Shown in pieces: positions 9,552-20,165 of a stretch of DNA of 64,000 nt. The notes below the pieces were generated by a model. The model saw nothing but the letters and a program-made list of their open reading frames with translations, had not been told where the DNA came from and did no database searches. The position numbers and the translations under genes were made by a program. Position 1 is the stretch's first letter. Each line of letters starts with the position of its first letter. Origin of the DNA: a virus. Location of the stretch: IMG/VR virus record IMGVR_UViG_3300012949_000001. One strand, 5' to 3'.

Positions 9552-11024
9552 TTATATCACCTCTATATCGTTTATATTAACAAAACTGCTTACATCTATA
9601 TCTTCACTCTCGTATAATCCGTCAGAATTAAGTGTTATGTTGTATTCATAAGCATCTTTAATTTTCATAACGCCATTGAACACCACATTTTCAGAATCGT
9701 AATAGAAATTCTCTGAATCGGCATTGTCAAATGTCTTTAAAATCTCGATAATATCTTTTTCCCCTTCAATAAACTTAAATACTTGTATCAGAGTCTTATC
9801 TAAAATAAAGTCATTATCAGTAGCATTTATTTTAATAATGTTATTTTCTTGCACATTAAGACTTGTTTTTTGCCATACCTTTGTTGAACCACCGCCGCCT
9901 GTATTAGATATGGTTTTGTATGTACCATCATCAGATAAATACTTTGTACCGTCACCAGAGCCTGTAATGGTATCTAATAGATTTTTATTGACATGGCTGT
10001 GCAAATCATCATGTGTATGATTGACATGTGCTTTCACATCCAATTCACTTACGATTTTACTTGAACTGTAAGTTGTTGATGTTGAAACATTATTATCATC
10101 AATGTTTGCAGAACCATTACCTGATTCTATTTCTTTATAGGTACCATCATCGGCAAGAAACTTGTTGCCTGTACCATTCTGATCTATTAAAGAGGTTTTC
10201 TCTTCCCATTTATCAATTTGTTCTGTTGTTATGCTATCTAATACTTCTTTATTAGTATGTGTATGCAATTCAGTATGAGTATGTTCTATATTTGCTTTAG
10301 TGTTTAATTTCTGCTCTATTTTGCTTGAGCTATATGTTGTATTTGAAGAAACATTATCGTCATCAATATTTGCTCCATTATTACCTCCAGACACAATGGT
10401 TTTATATGTACCGTCATCAGCAAGATACTTTGTACCATCTCCATTGGTCTTTATTTTTGAAACCTTAAGTGCATCTGTGTTTGTGTAATCATTAGTAGAT
10501 AGACCTTTACCTTCTACCTTATCAACTTTGGTCCCTATAAGATTAAGGACTGTAGTTGAGAAGTTTGCGTCTTCACCTAAAGCCTTTGCAAGTTCATTAA
10601 GAGTGTTTAATGCTTCAGGAGCAGAATCTACTATTTCTGCTATCTTATCATCTACATATTCTTTAGAAGCAAAATCTTTAATAGCGTCGTTTACGGCTTC
10701 AATAATCTGATTAACATCTTGACTTATTTCAAGCTCTCTCCAGGTCAAGTTATTATTTTTCTTGTATAAAATAAAGAGTTGTGTTCTATCATCATCAAAG
10801 CATATTGCCATGTTACCTTCAGCAAGAAACTGCTTATAGTTTGTGCTTATATTTTCTAGTTCTTCTGAATTATGTATAATAAATATGCGTGTTGGATTAT
10901 CAAGTTTATCAATCACTTCATCCTTTTGTACAGGCACTATGGTTTCATTTAGTCTTTTGGCACGAATAAAATACTCAAAGCGATTACGCTCATCAAGCTT
11001 GATAAGTTCATATTGTGTAGACAT
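9552..11024 (-). CDS. Tail fibre protein
   Basis: IVDSAPEALNTLNELAKALGEDANF, a typical fibre motif; internal repeats GxGxKYLxDDGTYK (x3), NIDDxNVSxxTTYSSSKI (x2) and His-rich HTH segments (x2). Confidence 0.75.
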   Translation of the reverse strand: MSTQYELIKLDERNRFEYFIRAKRLNETIVPVQKDEVIDKLDNPTRIFIIHNSEELENISTNYKQFLAEGNMAICFDDDRTQLFILYKKNNNLTWRELEISQDVNQIIEAVNDAIKDFASKEYVDDKIAEIVDSAPEALNTLNELAKALGEDANFSTTVLNLIGTKVDKVEGKGLSTNDYTNTDALKVSKIKTNGDGTKYLADDGTYKTIVSGGNNGANIDDDNVSSNTTYSSSKIEQKLNTKANIEHTHTELHTHTNKEVLDSITTEQIDKWEEKTSLIDQNGTGNKFLADDGTYKEIESGNGSANIDDNNVSTSTTYSSSKIVSELDVKAHVNHTHDDLHSHVNKNLLDTITGSGDGTKYLSDDGTYKTISNTGGGGSTKVWQKTSLNVQENNIIKINATDNDFILDKTLIQVFKFIEGEKDIIEILKTFDNADSENFYYDSENVVFNGVMKIKDAYEYNITLNSDGLYESEDIDVSSFVNINDIEVI

Positions 11025-11076
11025 TATTTTGTTATCTCCTTTCTTATTGATATATTAAGAAGTAGACATAAAATAC

Positions 11077-11481
11077 CTACTTCTTAATGTTTAGCTCAAC
11101 TAATGTTATTTTCTTTTTCTTGGTTTTATTGTTTTTCTTTTTTGTGTCTTCATCGTCATCATCGTCGTCGTCATCACCGATTAATTTATCTATAACCTTT
11201 GTGGCTATTTTAAGAGATTTCTTATAACCGGCATATCCTGCAATTCCTGAGCCTCCTAAGACTACGTAATGATTATCTTTACCAACGGTGCCCTGCAAGA
11301 TTAGCCCAATCATTACTCCGCCGAATCCTGATCCCATCCATGTGATCACAAATCTTGAAAGTTGTAATGCCTCTTCATCATCAATTTCTTTTTTCATTTC
11401 TCCCAGTAAGGCTCCAATATAGGCGACTAAAATTATTTGTACTACTTGATACTGAATAATTTCAAGAAGAAAATTATACAC
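11077..11481 (-). CDS. Probable holin
   Basis: 134 aa, 2-3 hydrophobic helices, highly charged C-terminal tail; adjacent to tail genes. Confidence 0.55.
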   Translation of the reverse strand: MYNFLLEIIQYQVVQIILVAYIGALLGEMKKEIDDEEALQLSRFVITWMGSGFGGVMIGLILQGTVGKDNHYVVLGGSGIAGYAGYKKSLKIATKVIDKLIGDDDDDDDDEDTKKKNNKTKKKKITLVELNIKK

Positions 11482-11502
11482 AACTTCACCACCCTTGGAG
11501 TT

Positions 11503-12609
11503 TTATGTCTTCAAATCACTGTCCTTCATGTATGTTTTGCACTGATAGGCATTAATTCTTAACACGAATATAGCGAGCAATATTACTATTAGTGAGATGA
11601 TAACACTTATAAATGGGAACAGAATTTCATATTCCACAGTATCAGAAAACTTCTGCTGAGTTTTCAGGAATTCCTCCTTTACTTTCTTAAAAGCTGCACT
11701 TATTTCTGATTCTTGTGCTCCAAGGACAACTGTAATTTGCATAGATTGGCCTTCTACACCAACAGCTTCATATGGTAGAATAATCTTCTCTTGAAATTCT
11801 CTGTGATAGTCTCCAAGAGGATATTTGGCAAAGTTCTCTGCTTCATCTCCCATATCAATAGGCTCAGAAAAATAATATACTATTTTACTATTGCGATCAG
11901 TGTCTTTTCTTAATGTGATTTCATTCTCTATGACACGTTTACAAGCTTCAGGATTTTTGTTGGCCGGATGTAAATAATCTAACTGTATGTACCGTTTTTC
12001 ATCTGGTCCTAAGACTTCAACCGTGTCTTTATTATCAGAGTTATCTATTATAATTTCCCCAGTAAAAGAATCAAAAGCTAAGATAGTGCCAGTGCTGCCA
12101 AATGCTTTTATTGGAGTAGCTATAATGTCAAGAATAGCCTTTACTTGTTCTTTGTTCCATTGCTGTCTGCAGTTACTTAATAAAATTTCCCCTGTCTTTT
12201 TATCTTTTATGTTGAAGTAATTAAGATACTTCTCTACAGTCATTGTCTTGCTGTCATATGCGATTGTATTACCATCGGCATCGGCATATATATACCTTCC
12301 ATAACGGTCTTTTAATATAAGCTCTGTGTTTTTGTTCGTGATAAGATACTGCACCCATGACTGTCTTATTGATGATAATACGAGCCTAAGTTGTGGTCTG
12401 ATAATATCATCCACAAATGCTTGCTGCGTATCAACATACACTTCAGAGTATCCATTGTTGATATCATCAAAATCTTCTCCGAGATTTGATATCTCATAAA
12501 ATAGAAATAGCTGTACAGTCAATAGGAAAATAAACACCTTAGATATCGCTTTCTTTTGCTTTTCTAATTTTTCAGGGGTTGCCTTTGAAGTCTTTTTCAC
12601 ATTTACCAA
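11503..12609 (-). CDS. Two-TM membrane protein with ~290-aa extracytoplasmic domain (sensor/Cache-like topology)
   Basis: TM1 VFIFLLTVQLFLFY near the N-terminus; TM2 ILFPFISVIISLIVILLAIFVL near the C-terminus; short basic cytoplasmic ends. Confidence 0.55.
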   Translation of the reverse strand: MVNVKKTSKATPEKLEKQKKAISKVFIFLLTVQLFLFYEISNLGEDFDDINNGYSEVYVDTQQAFVDDIIRPQLRLVLSSIRQSWVQYLITNKNTELILKDRYGRYIYADADGNTIAYDSKTMTVEKYLNYFNIKDKKTGEILLSNCRQQWNKEQVKAILDIIATPIKAFGSTGTILAFDSFTGEIIIDNSDNKDTVEVLGPDEKRYIQLDYLHPANKNPEACKRVIENEITLRKDTDRNSKIVYYFSEPIDMGDEAENFAKYPLGDYHREFQEKIILPYEAVGVEGQSMQITVVLGAQESEISAAFKKVKEEFLKTQQKFSDTVEYEILFPFISVIISLIVILLAIFVLRINAYQCKTYMKDSDLKT

Positions 12610-12623
12610 TCTCCTTTCAGTTA

Positions 12624-15600
12624 CTAATAGAAGATCCTCCCAGTAATTGAGTTTACTTTTTGTTTTATTTTATATTCATTTATCCTTATAATGTTTGCAA
12701 CCATCTGAATTCCAGGTTGTGATGAAGGCTCTATGCTTACATCAACTCCTATCAATCCGGCTCCATTTAATGCAGCAAGAAGATTTTTACGTAATTCCAA
12801 TGGACTTGTTTGTCTGTCATAATCTACTTCTGGGGCCATTATTGTTTCTATATCTTCTGCTTCTGATTCATAGAATCCGAAATCTGATAAGAGCATCCCC
12901 TCATTTTTGATTGTCTTAACAGCAACCTTATCTAAATCAATGTCAGGTTGCCAGCCGGCCCAGAATACTCCTGGCAGCTGATGATTAGCAAAGAATTCTC
13001 TATTAGTTTTGACCTTAGTTGGCTCTTCACCCCAGAGGATTTGAAGAACCTTTCTTCTATAAGGGGAAATGTATTTAAGAATTTCTTTTCTACGTTTAGG
13101 ATCTGTTTCTTGTCCAAATTCAAGAATATAATCTCGTTCATATTTCGGAACTGCTCTTAGTACTTGAGACCATGTAGCGTTTTTCTTAAGACCATATACT
13201 GTAGATTCTGCAGCTTGCTTATATGCTATGGCCGCTTTGGTGTATTTTCCTGCTTTTAAGATTTGCTCTGGATAAGATAATGCTTCGAGTTTCGCATCTA
13301 TATCTGCGAGCATTGCCTCGCGACGTTCATCGCCTTCCAGATATGTATTACTTATCAATTGCTTGTTTGCTAACAACTGTTGTCTGATTTTTTCTCTTTT
13401 TTCTGAGTCGTATTCATACTTATTGATAAGTCTTTTGATATCTACATTTTCTTTTCTTTTAGCCAGTTTTGCAGCTTTTTCGTAAAGACCCATGTACTTA
13501 ATATATTTGAGTCTGTCGAAGTATTCTTCAATTTCCCATCTCTTCTTGACCTTTTCAGGAATCCATGGGCCAAACATATTATCCAAATCAAGAGAAGGAT
13601 TCTTTAATGCAGAAAGTGCAAGCCCTGCTGCCGCACCTATTGCCGCACCACGTTTACCTGTGCCTTTCCAGAATTGTTCTGCTATTTCTCTACCGATTAT
13701 TGCTCCTGCACCAGTTGAGAATATAGGATTATTTGAATTTGTATAAGCATATCCTGCTAATCCTATAGCAGCTCCAATTCTTGCTCCCGCATTTACGTAT
13801 TTACCATCAAGTCGTGTAATGAATCCTCCTACCGCACCTGCAAAAGCTCCAGGGTTAGAAAGAAGGAATGCTACTTTTGATACACCCTTTGCTATTGCTC
13901 CGGCCGATTCTGTTTTAGCTATCTTTTCTGCTATTACCCATGAAGTCATTCCAATAGCAGCATGTGTATGGCTTACGCTAAATGCTCTATTTATTGCAGG
14001 GATGACGAATCCTTGAATAGGATGGCTCCATGTAGCATATGGTACTCCATAGATATGTTCATCTTTTAATGATTCGAGAGGAGTATTAATCCTTAAGAAC
14101 TTTCTATGGATTAACGGAATAGGAGCATGAGCTATTAATTCATTTATCTTTGCTCTATCTATCTGAGACTGTGAGTATCTTGCATGTAGTGCAATAGGAC
14201 TATCATCTTTTGACTTCTCTGCCCTGCCGCTGTTCAGAAGTCGTCTGTTTAGATTCTCACCTTCAGCTATAACTATTGCACTGATTGATTTTTGATTTGC
14301 ATCGTTACGATCGAATCTTAATCTTACATTAGTACCTGGAGCCAGAAAATCCTTGAGAGAACCTTCTGTAAATTTAACTCCTGCTACTTTATATCTGACG
14401 TCATTTCCTACGAGTGTAAATCCATGATTATCTACCGATTCTACAACACCAGAAGTCTCATCAAGTTTTACTCCCAGGAACTTATAAGGATAGAAATCGT
14501 GTTGCTTAGATTGCTGATTAACACGCTCTCTTATTTCCTCCATCTCTTTTCTGAGATTAGGATCCTGTACTGTCTTATTTGCGATATCTCTCCATAATCT
14601 ATATTCACTTGACCATGGAGCTATATCTGCAAGAATCTTCATTCTATCAAAAGCACCATATCTGCCGTACTGATCTGGATGTAGTTGATTTATTGATTCA
14701 TATGCTTTGCCAGGGAGCCTCATTTCGCCTTTTGGCAACTTCTCATAAGGATCTCCAAGCTTAAATCTTTCAGGCATCCAATCAGGCATTGTGTTTCTGA
14801 TAGGATTGATCCTATTAATATTATGGTCTTCATGTGGAATGAAACGTCTTACTATTTCCATGAATTCTCCACCAAGACCGCCAAGAGATTCATCCCAGAA
14901 TCGTCTTGTAAATGAAGCCATTCTATCAGCACTCTGTAATCTTGCTGATTTCCTTGTAGGCAACAATTCATCAATTAAGAAACCATACATACCAGATAAT
15001 TCTTTTGCTGAATATCCAGCGTCTTCTAAGAACTGTCTGGTTGAGGTTACATTTCTAAGATCTGCAGCAAAGTTAGGATCTACAATTAAGCTCTTATCGC
15101 GAGCAGATGTCTTAAATATTGCGTCAGGAGAAATAATTCCTTCATTCCTATCCGGTGCATTAGATATTGCTTTGGCTTTTATACTTTCGTTTACAGAGGA
15201 TATAATATCTATAGGGATCATGTTTCTTACGACCCCTGCAATTATATTTCCTCTGTCTGCTGCCAATTGAACCCTTTGTGTAACTGGAAGGTTAGGATTG
15301 ATATTATTTACGTCAATCCTTTCTCCAGTTGCTATAGCTATTGCTCTTGCTTGCAACATATCATGAGTCGGTTCATATTCAGACACAGACATTGCTTGAT
15401 ATTCTGAGCCTGTTACGTAATAATTCGATACTTTACCTCCTGATATATCTAAAGAAAGAACAGTTTCAGAACCAGTAGGAGCTCCTAATGGTGTATAAGA
15501 AACAGGAGTAAATGTTCCGGTTCCGTCTAACTTAACAAGACTATTATTAGCATCGGCCTTTTCCCTTATCTCCTGGTTTCTTTGTGCTATTAATGTTCTT

Positions 15601-18600
15601 ACATCTACAAGGGTATTTCCCAACTCTGCCTGATGCATTCTCCTTTGAGGCTTTATTATTTGTCCTATAGTAGGATTTAAAATAGCACCCCAAGGAGTTC
15701 CTTCCTCAAACAGCTTACCTGTTACTGGATAAGGCCGATCCCAATAATGCTTTCTCTCTAACCAATATGGATCGAGTAATGCTCTGATAGGAGAGAATGG
15801 ATGACGTGGAGTAGGTATCCATGAATGTTGCCATTTCTCTTTAGAGCTTCCATATACACCTATATCTCTCCAGTCACTATGAGCTCTTCTTAAATAGTTA
15901 GGCTGGAAATAATCTATCTTACTGCCACGGTATTCAGAGTCTGAACCGAAGCTCCACCATCTGCTCTTACGAACAGGAGTATAGCCTCTTTCATACCACT
16001 CTTTACGCTCTTCATAACTATGATATGGCTGGCCATTATTCAAATACTGTCTAATTGGATTAAGTTCATATGCACTCTTCCTGAATGAAGTAAGACCTAT
16101 TGCGTCTGAAATTCTTCTACCGAACAAGTCTAAGTTGGCAAGAGAATTAGCTGCAGCTCCTCTTAAACTTGTACCGGTAAAGTTCTTGGCCTCATAATCA
16201 AGATAACTGAGAGTAGTTAATGCACCTGCTATAGGAAGCACTCTCTTAAGCATAATATTCTTAGCCAGATCTATAGTGCTTCCTGTTGATTTTGCAGTAA
16301 AGCCAAGACCTATATCAGATACACCCTCAACCAGACGATGGAGCATAAAGTAAGGGAACATTGTGGCAGATGTTACGTCTTCAAGATTATCTCTGCCCGC
16401 AACGAATTGCTTAAAGAATGCTTTTACTTTAGTCTGGTCATTAATATTCTGCAGCATATCTAATACGCCAACAGATTTCTGCATTGTTGTATATCTTCCA
16501 AGTCTGTGACCAGGAATTATATTCTGATCTCTTTGGAAACCTCGCTGTATAACAGAAGCATGTTCTTTAACCATTGTTTCAATATTTTCTCTGAATGCTT
16601 CTGCGAACTCTTGATCTTCCATTCCAAGGCCGGAGAATAAAGATTGTACATTAAGAGCTCTCTTTGCTATATCATTTATATCCTGGACTCCAGAGCCTGT
16701 GTAGTTTTTCATTGTGTCTTTCAGTATAGCCCAGTTTGCCAGGTATTTTGCCTCTTTAAGTCTTGTACTTTCTAATCCGGCCGATTCAAGAAGTTTAATG
16801 ACTGACAGATTAGAACCTTCTATATCTCTATAAGACAAAAAGGCCTCCTTAGCGATTTCTTTACGAATCATTTCAGTAAAGCTAACCGCTCTGGTGGTAC
16901 CTATTATTGCTTTATTATCAGAAACAATAGACATTGCTCTTCTTGCAGAGTCAGAGTCCTTCAGATATCTTTTTACTAAGGACTGCAGCTCTTTATTCTT
17001 AAACGTAGAGAAGTTATGCTGCATCAATTCATTAATCATATCTTCATCTTTCATATTGAGCAGCTTTAACATGTCTTTTGCATTACTTATATGATTGTCA
17101 GGTATTACTTCTAATAATTTGTTTACAGTTGTTCTGTCAAGCTTTCTTGTGGTCTGATTCAAGAAACTATCAAGTTTCTTTGCCTTATCAAAATATTGTC
17201 CTATGTATTGTTCTATGGCTTTCTTTTCTTGAGAGTCAGTAGCATCTTGTAGACGCTGTATAGCGAACATTAATTCATTTTCGTCCATTGTTAAAAATGA
17301 ATTTACAAGATTTCTACTCCAACGAGGATCATTAAACTTAGTAAATATAGATGTAAATCTCTTAAGCTTGCTTGGTTCTGCATTATATCCAAGCTCAAGA
17401 GCATTTCTTATTCTGCTATTCCCAAGTGGCTTTCTATCTACGTCTCCTACTATGCTTTTAAGCAATCTGTTTGCTGTGCCATGTTCTCCTGATATAAGAT
17501 AAGTATTATCCAGATCAGATAAGTATTCTAATGTATTATCTTTAAGATTAATCCTGTAAGTCTTATCGAGTATTCTTACATATGGATTATTAAGCAGAAC
17601 AGAATCATGGCCTTCAGCAAGTTTAGCAAGTATAGGATCTGCAGAACCAGGACCTATATAACGATATATAGGAGCCTTCTTTATTTCAAGATAGTCTCTG
17701 GTCTTAAACAACTTGCCAGGCAATGTCTGAGCAAACTCTTCAAGAAATCTATTCTTAAGAGAAGCTGCTTCTACAAATGAATATAATTCTCCAGCTTCGT
17801 TTATTCTTAATGCATATGGATCAACAAATATGTCTCCATATCTTGCATCTTTCTCTACAAGCTTAGCTAGAACATCCATTGCATTCTCTTGAGCTAATCT
17901 GTCTGTCCTACCCTTTTCATCACTTAAGCCAAATATTTTAAATTCGCCAAGCTTATCTCTATTTTCAAGCAAATCGCTTACGGTAGCTGCTCTGTCACCA
18001 GTTATTTTATCAAATAACTTTTGTTTTGATGTTTCTTCGCCTCTTCTACCGTAATAACTTGCAAGGTTTTCAAAATCAAATTTTGAAAGCATCTCGTCTG
18101 CAAGAGCCTTATGCTCTTCAACGAATTGAGCTGCCTCTTCTTTTCTCCTTTCAAGAGCATCTGTAAGCATATCGAGCATTTGTGCTTGTTGCTCTTCATT
18201 GAAGATATTGTTCTTGAAATGTCTTTCTAAGAAATCAGAACTGAATTCATAAGCATCATTATTATAAGAAATGGCACTGTTTATGTGGTCAACAAAATCA
18301 TCTATAACATACTCTGCTCTTCTGGTAAAGTCAGGATTATCTGTTCCAAACAGATCCTGGAATTGGTGCTTAAGAGCTGAACGAATATTTGCATCATCAT
18401 AGATAGGATAAAGACGAGAAGATTTATTTTGAGCCATTTGATACATTTCTGTAATGGCATTGAAAAGGCTCTCCGGACGATCTGAACGGAGAGTAATCTT
18501 ATCATCTACTTCAGAGAATGCTTTTTTAAACCCTGATATTGCATTAGATACAAACTTTGCATCCATGTCTTTCAGGGCTGTTTTAGACACAGTATCCATT

Positions 18601-18752
18601 GTTTCGTCAAGTGCATTGCTTAAACGTCTCAATCCTGAAGATAGTGCTTTATAACCACCACTTCTATATAACAGTGCTGCACCTGCACCAACAGCTAAAG
18701 CTTTATAGGCTATGTCTGATAATCTATTTTCATTTCTGTTCTTGTTATCCAT
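12624..18752 (-). CDS. Tape-measure-like or large internal virion protein, 2042 aa
   Basis: Size; position directly after tail chaperone genes; mostly helical sequence; glycine-zipper hydrophobic segment; degenerate SNase-like segment. Confidence 0.65.
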   Translation of the reverse strand: MDNKNRNENRLSDIAYKALAVGAGAALLYRSGGYKALSSGLRRLSNALDETMDTVSKTALKDMDAKFVSNAISGFKKAFSEVDDKITLRSDRPESLFNAITEMYQMAQNKSSRLYPIYDDANIRSALKHQFQDLFGTDNPDFTRRAEYVIDDFVDHINSAISYNNDAYEFSSDFLERHFKNNIFNEEQQAQMLDMLTDALERRKEEAAQFVEEHKALADEMLSKFDFENLASYYGRRGEETSKQKLFDKITGDRAATVSDLLENRDKLGEFKIFGLSDEKGRTDRLAQENAMDVLAKLVEKDARYGDIFVDPYALRINEAGELYSFVEAASLKNRFLEEFAQTLPGKLFKTRDYLEIKKAPIYRYIGPGSADPILAKLAEGHDSVLLNNPYVRILDKTYRINLKDNTLEYLSDLDNTYLISGEHGTANRLLKSIVGDVDRKPLGNSRIRNALELGYNAEPSKLKRFTSIFTKFNDPRWSRNLVNSFLTMDENELMFAIQRLQDATDSQEKKAIEQYIGQYFDKAKKLDSFLNQTTRKLDRTTVNKLLEVIPDNHISNAKDMLKLLNMKDEDMINELMQHNFSTFKNKELQSLVKRYLKDSDSARRAMSIVSDNKAIIGTTRAVSFTEMIRKEIAKEAFLSYRDIEGSNLSVIKLLESAGLESTRLKEAKYLANWAILKDTMKNYTGSGVQDINDIAKRALNVQSLFSGLGMEDQEFAEAFRENIETMVKEHASVIQRGFQRDQNIIPGHRLGRYTTMQKSVGVLDMLQNINDQTKVKAFFKQFVAGRDNLEDVTSATMFPYFMLHRLVEGVSDIGLGFTAKSTGSTIDLAKNIMLKRVLPIAGALTTLSYLDYEAKNFTGTSLRGAAANSLANLDLFGRRISDAIGLTSFRKSAYELNPIRQYLNNGQPYHSYEERKEWYERGYTPVRKSRWWSFGSDSEYRGSKIDYFQPNYLRRAHSDWRDIGVYGSSKEKWQHSWIPTPRHPFSPIRALLDPYWLERKHYWDRPYPVTGKLFEEGTPWGAILNPTIGQIIKPQRRMHQAELGNTLVDVRTLIAQRNQEIREKADANNSLVKLDGTGTFTPVSYTPLGAPTGSETVLSLDISGGKVSNYYVTGSEYQAMSVSEYEPTHDMLQARAIAIATGERIDVNNINPNLPVTQRVQLAADRGNIIAGVVRNMIPIDIISSVNESIKAKAISNAPDRNEGIISPDAIFKTSARDKSLIVDPNFAADLRNVTSTRQFLEDAGYSAKELSGMYGFLIDELLPTRKSARLQSADRMASFTRRFWDESLGGLGGEFMEIVRRFIPHEDHNINRINPIRNTMPDWMPERFKLGDPYEKLPKGEMRLPGKAYESINQLHPDQYGRYGAFDRMKILADIAPWSSEYRLWRDIANKTVQDPNLRKEMEEIRERVNQQSKQHDFYPYKFLGVKLDETSGVVESVDNHGFTLVGNDVRYKVAGVKFTEGSLKDFLAPGTNVRLRFDRNDANQKSISAIVIAEGENLNRRLLNSGRAEKSKDDSPIALHARYSQSQIDRAKINELIAHAPIPLIHRKFLRINTPLESLKDEHIYGVPYATWSHPIQGFVIPAINRAFSVSHTHAAIGMTSWVIAEKIAKTESAGAIAKGVSKVAFLLSNPGAFAGAVGGFITRLDGKYVNAGARIGAAIGLAGYAYTNSNNPIFSTGAGAIIGREIAEQFWKGTGKRGAAIGAAAGLALSALKNPSLDLDNMFGPWIPEKVKKRWEIEEYFDRLKYIKYMGLYEKAAKLAKRKENVDIKRLINKYEYDSEKREKIRQQLLANKQLISNTYLEGDERREAMLADIDAKLEALSYPEQILKAGKYTKAAIAYKQAAESTVYGLKKNATWSQVLRAVPKYERDYILEFGQETDPKRRKEILKYISPYRRKVLQILWGEEPTKVKTNREFFANHQLPGVFWAGWQPDIDLDKVAVKTIKNEGMLLSDFGFYESEAEDIETIMAPEVDYDRQTSPLELRKNLLAALNGAGLIGVDVSIEPSSQPGIQMVANIIRINEYKIKQKVNSITGRIFY

Positions 18753-18797
18753 TCGTCATCACCATTATAAATGATTTTAATGATGCTTTTAAAACTA

Positions 18798-18824
18798 AAG
18801 GTAGAGAAGCGTATTCTCTACCTT
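18798..18824. terminator. Terminator-like hairpin
   Basis: 11-bp stem AAGGTAGAGAA/TTCTCTACCTT with a 5-nt loop and flanking A/T runs. Confidence 0.65.
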
Positions 18825-18864
18825 CGTTTTTTATATAAAAATATGAGGGAGTTAATTCAGTTGT

Positions 18865-19707
18865 TTACCAACCAGGCCTTAGTGCAGGTGAAGTAACATC
18901 TACTGAGTCTTTAAAACTTTCTATTGTTGTTTCTTCTAATACGTTATTGCCCCATTTCATTTCGGGATATTTTCTTCTTAGCTCTTCCAGTTCTTCAGGT
19001 GTAAGCTTTTTCTTTACTCCACCCTTTTTGTTTAACCTGGCCATTCTTTCTTCAATAGTCTCAATCTTGCCTTGTTTAATAGGAGATTCATCTTCTATCT
19101 CTTCTGTATAAACCTGATTGTCCTGCTGATTTTCTTCAGACTGTTGCTTCTGTATCATTTGTTCTGCAGCTTTTTCTATGGGGTCATAATACGCCTCCAT
19201 ATTTAAGCCTCTGAGATTTTGAAGTTTCCATTCAGCTCTTGAGAGATACTTGGCTGTTTTGATTAAATCCCATTGCTCAATCTCTTCTATATCATACTGA
19301 GGGAAAGCCTCGTTAATTATACAGGTTATCTGATTATCAAAGTCGAACATCTCTTGCCTGTGATATTTTATGATATTAACTTGAGATTGCAAATCACCCA
19401 GGAAAGAATTCTTAATAATTGCTGCTGCAAGAGTTGTTGGAATACCTGCTTCGCAATTCTCATAGTCATAGTCTTCAGGCCAAAGAACACATGCCTGGCA
19501 AACAATTTCTTCTTTCTCAAGATCACTGAAATTATCATCTCTTACAAGCTGTTTGAATTCAGCTCTACCAAGTGGACGATATATGAATATTTGATCCTCA
19601 ATCTGATGAATATATATGTTCTTATATTGTTTTTTGAGGGTTAAGAATACTTCAGTCAAATCTTGCATTTGCTGTTTTTTCTGCTGATTGTCATTATTGA
19701 GTTTCAT
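18865..19707 (-). CDS. Tail assembly chaperone-like protein
   Basis: N-terminal half resembles the upstream 120-aa gene (YxxIY...IYRPLGRAEF...VLWP...AGIPTTLA); lies before the tape-measure-like gene. Confidence 0.55.
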   Translation of the reverse strand: MKLNNDNQQKKQQMQDLTEVFLTLKKQYKNIYIHQIEDQIFIYRPLGRAEFKQLVRDDNFSDLEKEEIVCQACVLWPEDYDYENCEAGIPTTLAAAIIKNSFLGDLQSQVNIIKYHRQEMFDFDNQITCIINEAFPQYDIEEIEQWDLIKTAKYLSRAEWKLQNLRGLNMEAYYDPIEKAAEQMIQKQQSEENQQDNQVYTEEIEDESPIKQGKIETIEERMARLNKKGGVKKKLTPEELEELRRKYPEMKWGNNVLEETTIESFKDSVDVTSPALRPGW

Positions 19708-19726
19708 AGGAGATTGGCACCTCCTT

Positions 19727-20089
19727 TTACAGTTCTTCTGTGTCTACTATTTCAAATCCAGACTTCAAAATAACTTCATCAGCAATTGTAGTGGCCAGAC
19801 CGGCATTTGCCTCAATCAATTCATCAATGTTTGCCGGATACAAAACAACCATTCTTGTGATTGCTTCTTGCCTTTCATATACCTTGCCGGTGACTTGATC
19901 ATCATCAGCCTTATCGGCCATTAATTCAACATATTCTTTTCTTCTTAATTTTCTCCATATGTATTCTTCCCCACCGACTTTGGTCTTATATAATTTGCCA
20001 TACTGGGCTTTCCATTCGCTAATCATTTGCTCTAATGATTTTTCAGCGTTTGGCATTGCCTTTGAAACCTTTACGTTTTCTGTATTCAT
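19727..20089 (-). CDS. Tail assembly chaperone-like protein
   Basis: WKAQYGKLY...YIWRKLRRKEY...VLYP...AGLATTIA; position between tube genes and tape measure. Confidence 0.55.
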   Translation of the reverse strand: MNTENVKVSKAMPNAEKSLEQMISEWKAQYGKLYKTKVGGEEYIWRKLRRKEYVELMADKADDDQVTGKVYERQEAITRMVVLYPANIDELIEANAGLATTIADEVILKSGFEIVDTEEL

Positions 20090-20165
20090 TGTTCCATCCT
20101 CCCTAATAATAAAAATTATTTCCTTCGAAATTATATTACTTATATAATTTCTTATTTTAACAACA

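Noticed and set aside
18865-20089. Lambda G/GT-type programmed frameshift between tail chaperones
   Set aside because: The second gene has its own strong RBS (AAGGAGGTG) and is a paralogue of the first; no slippery site was seen near the stop.
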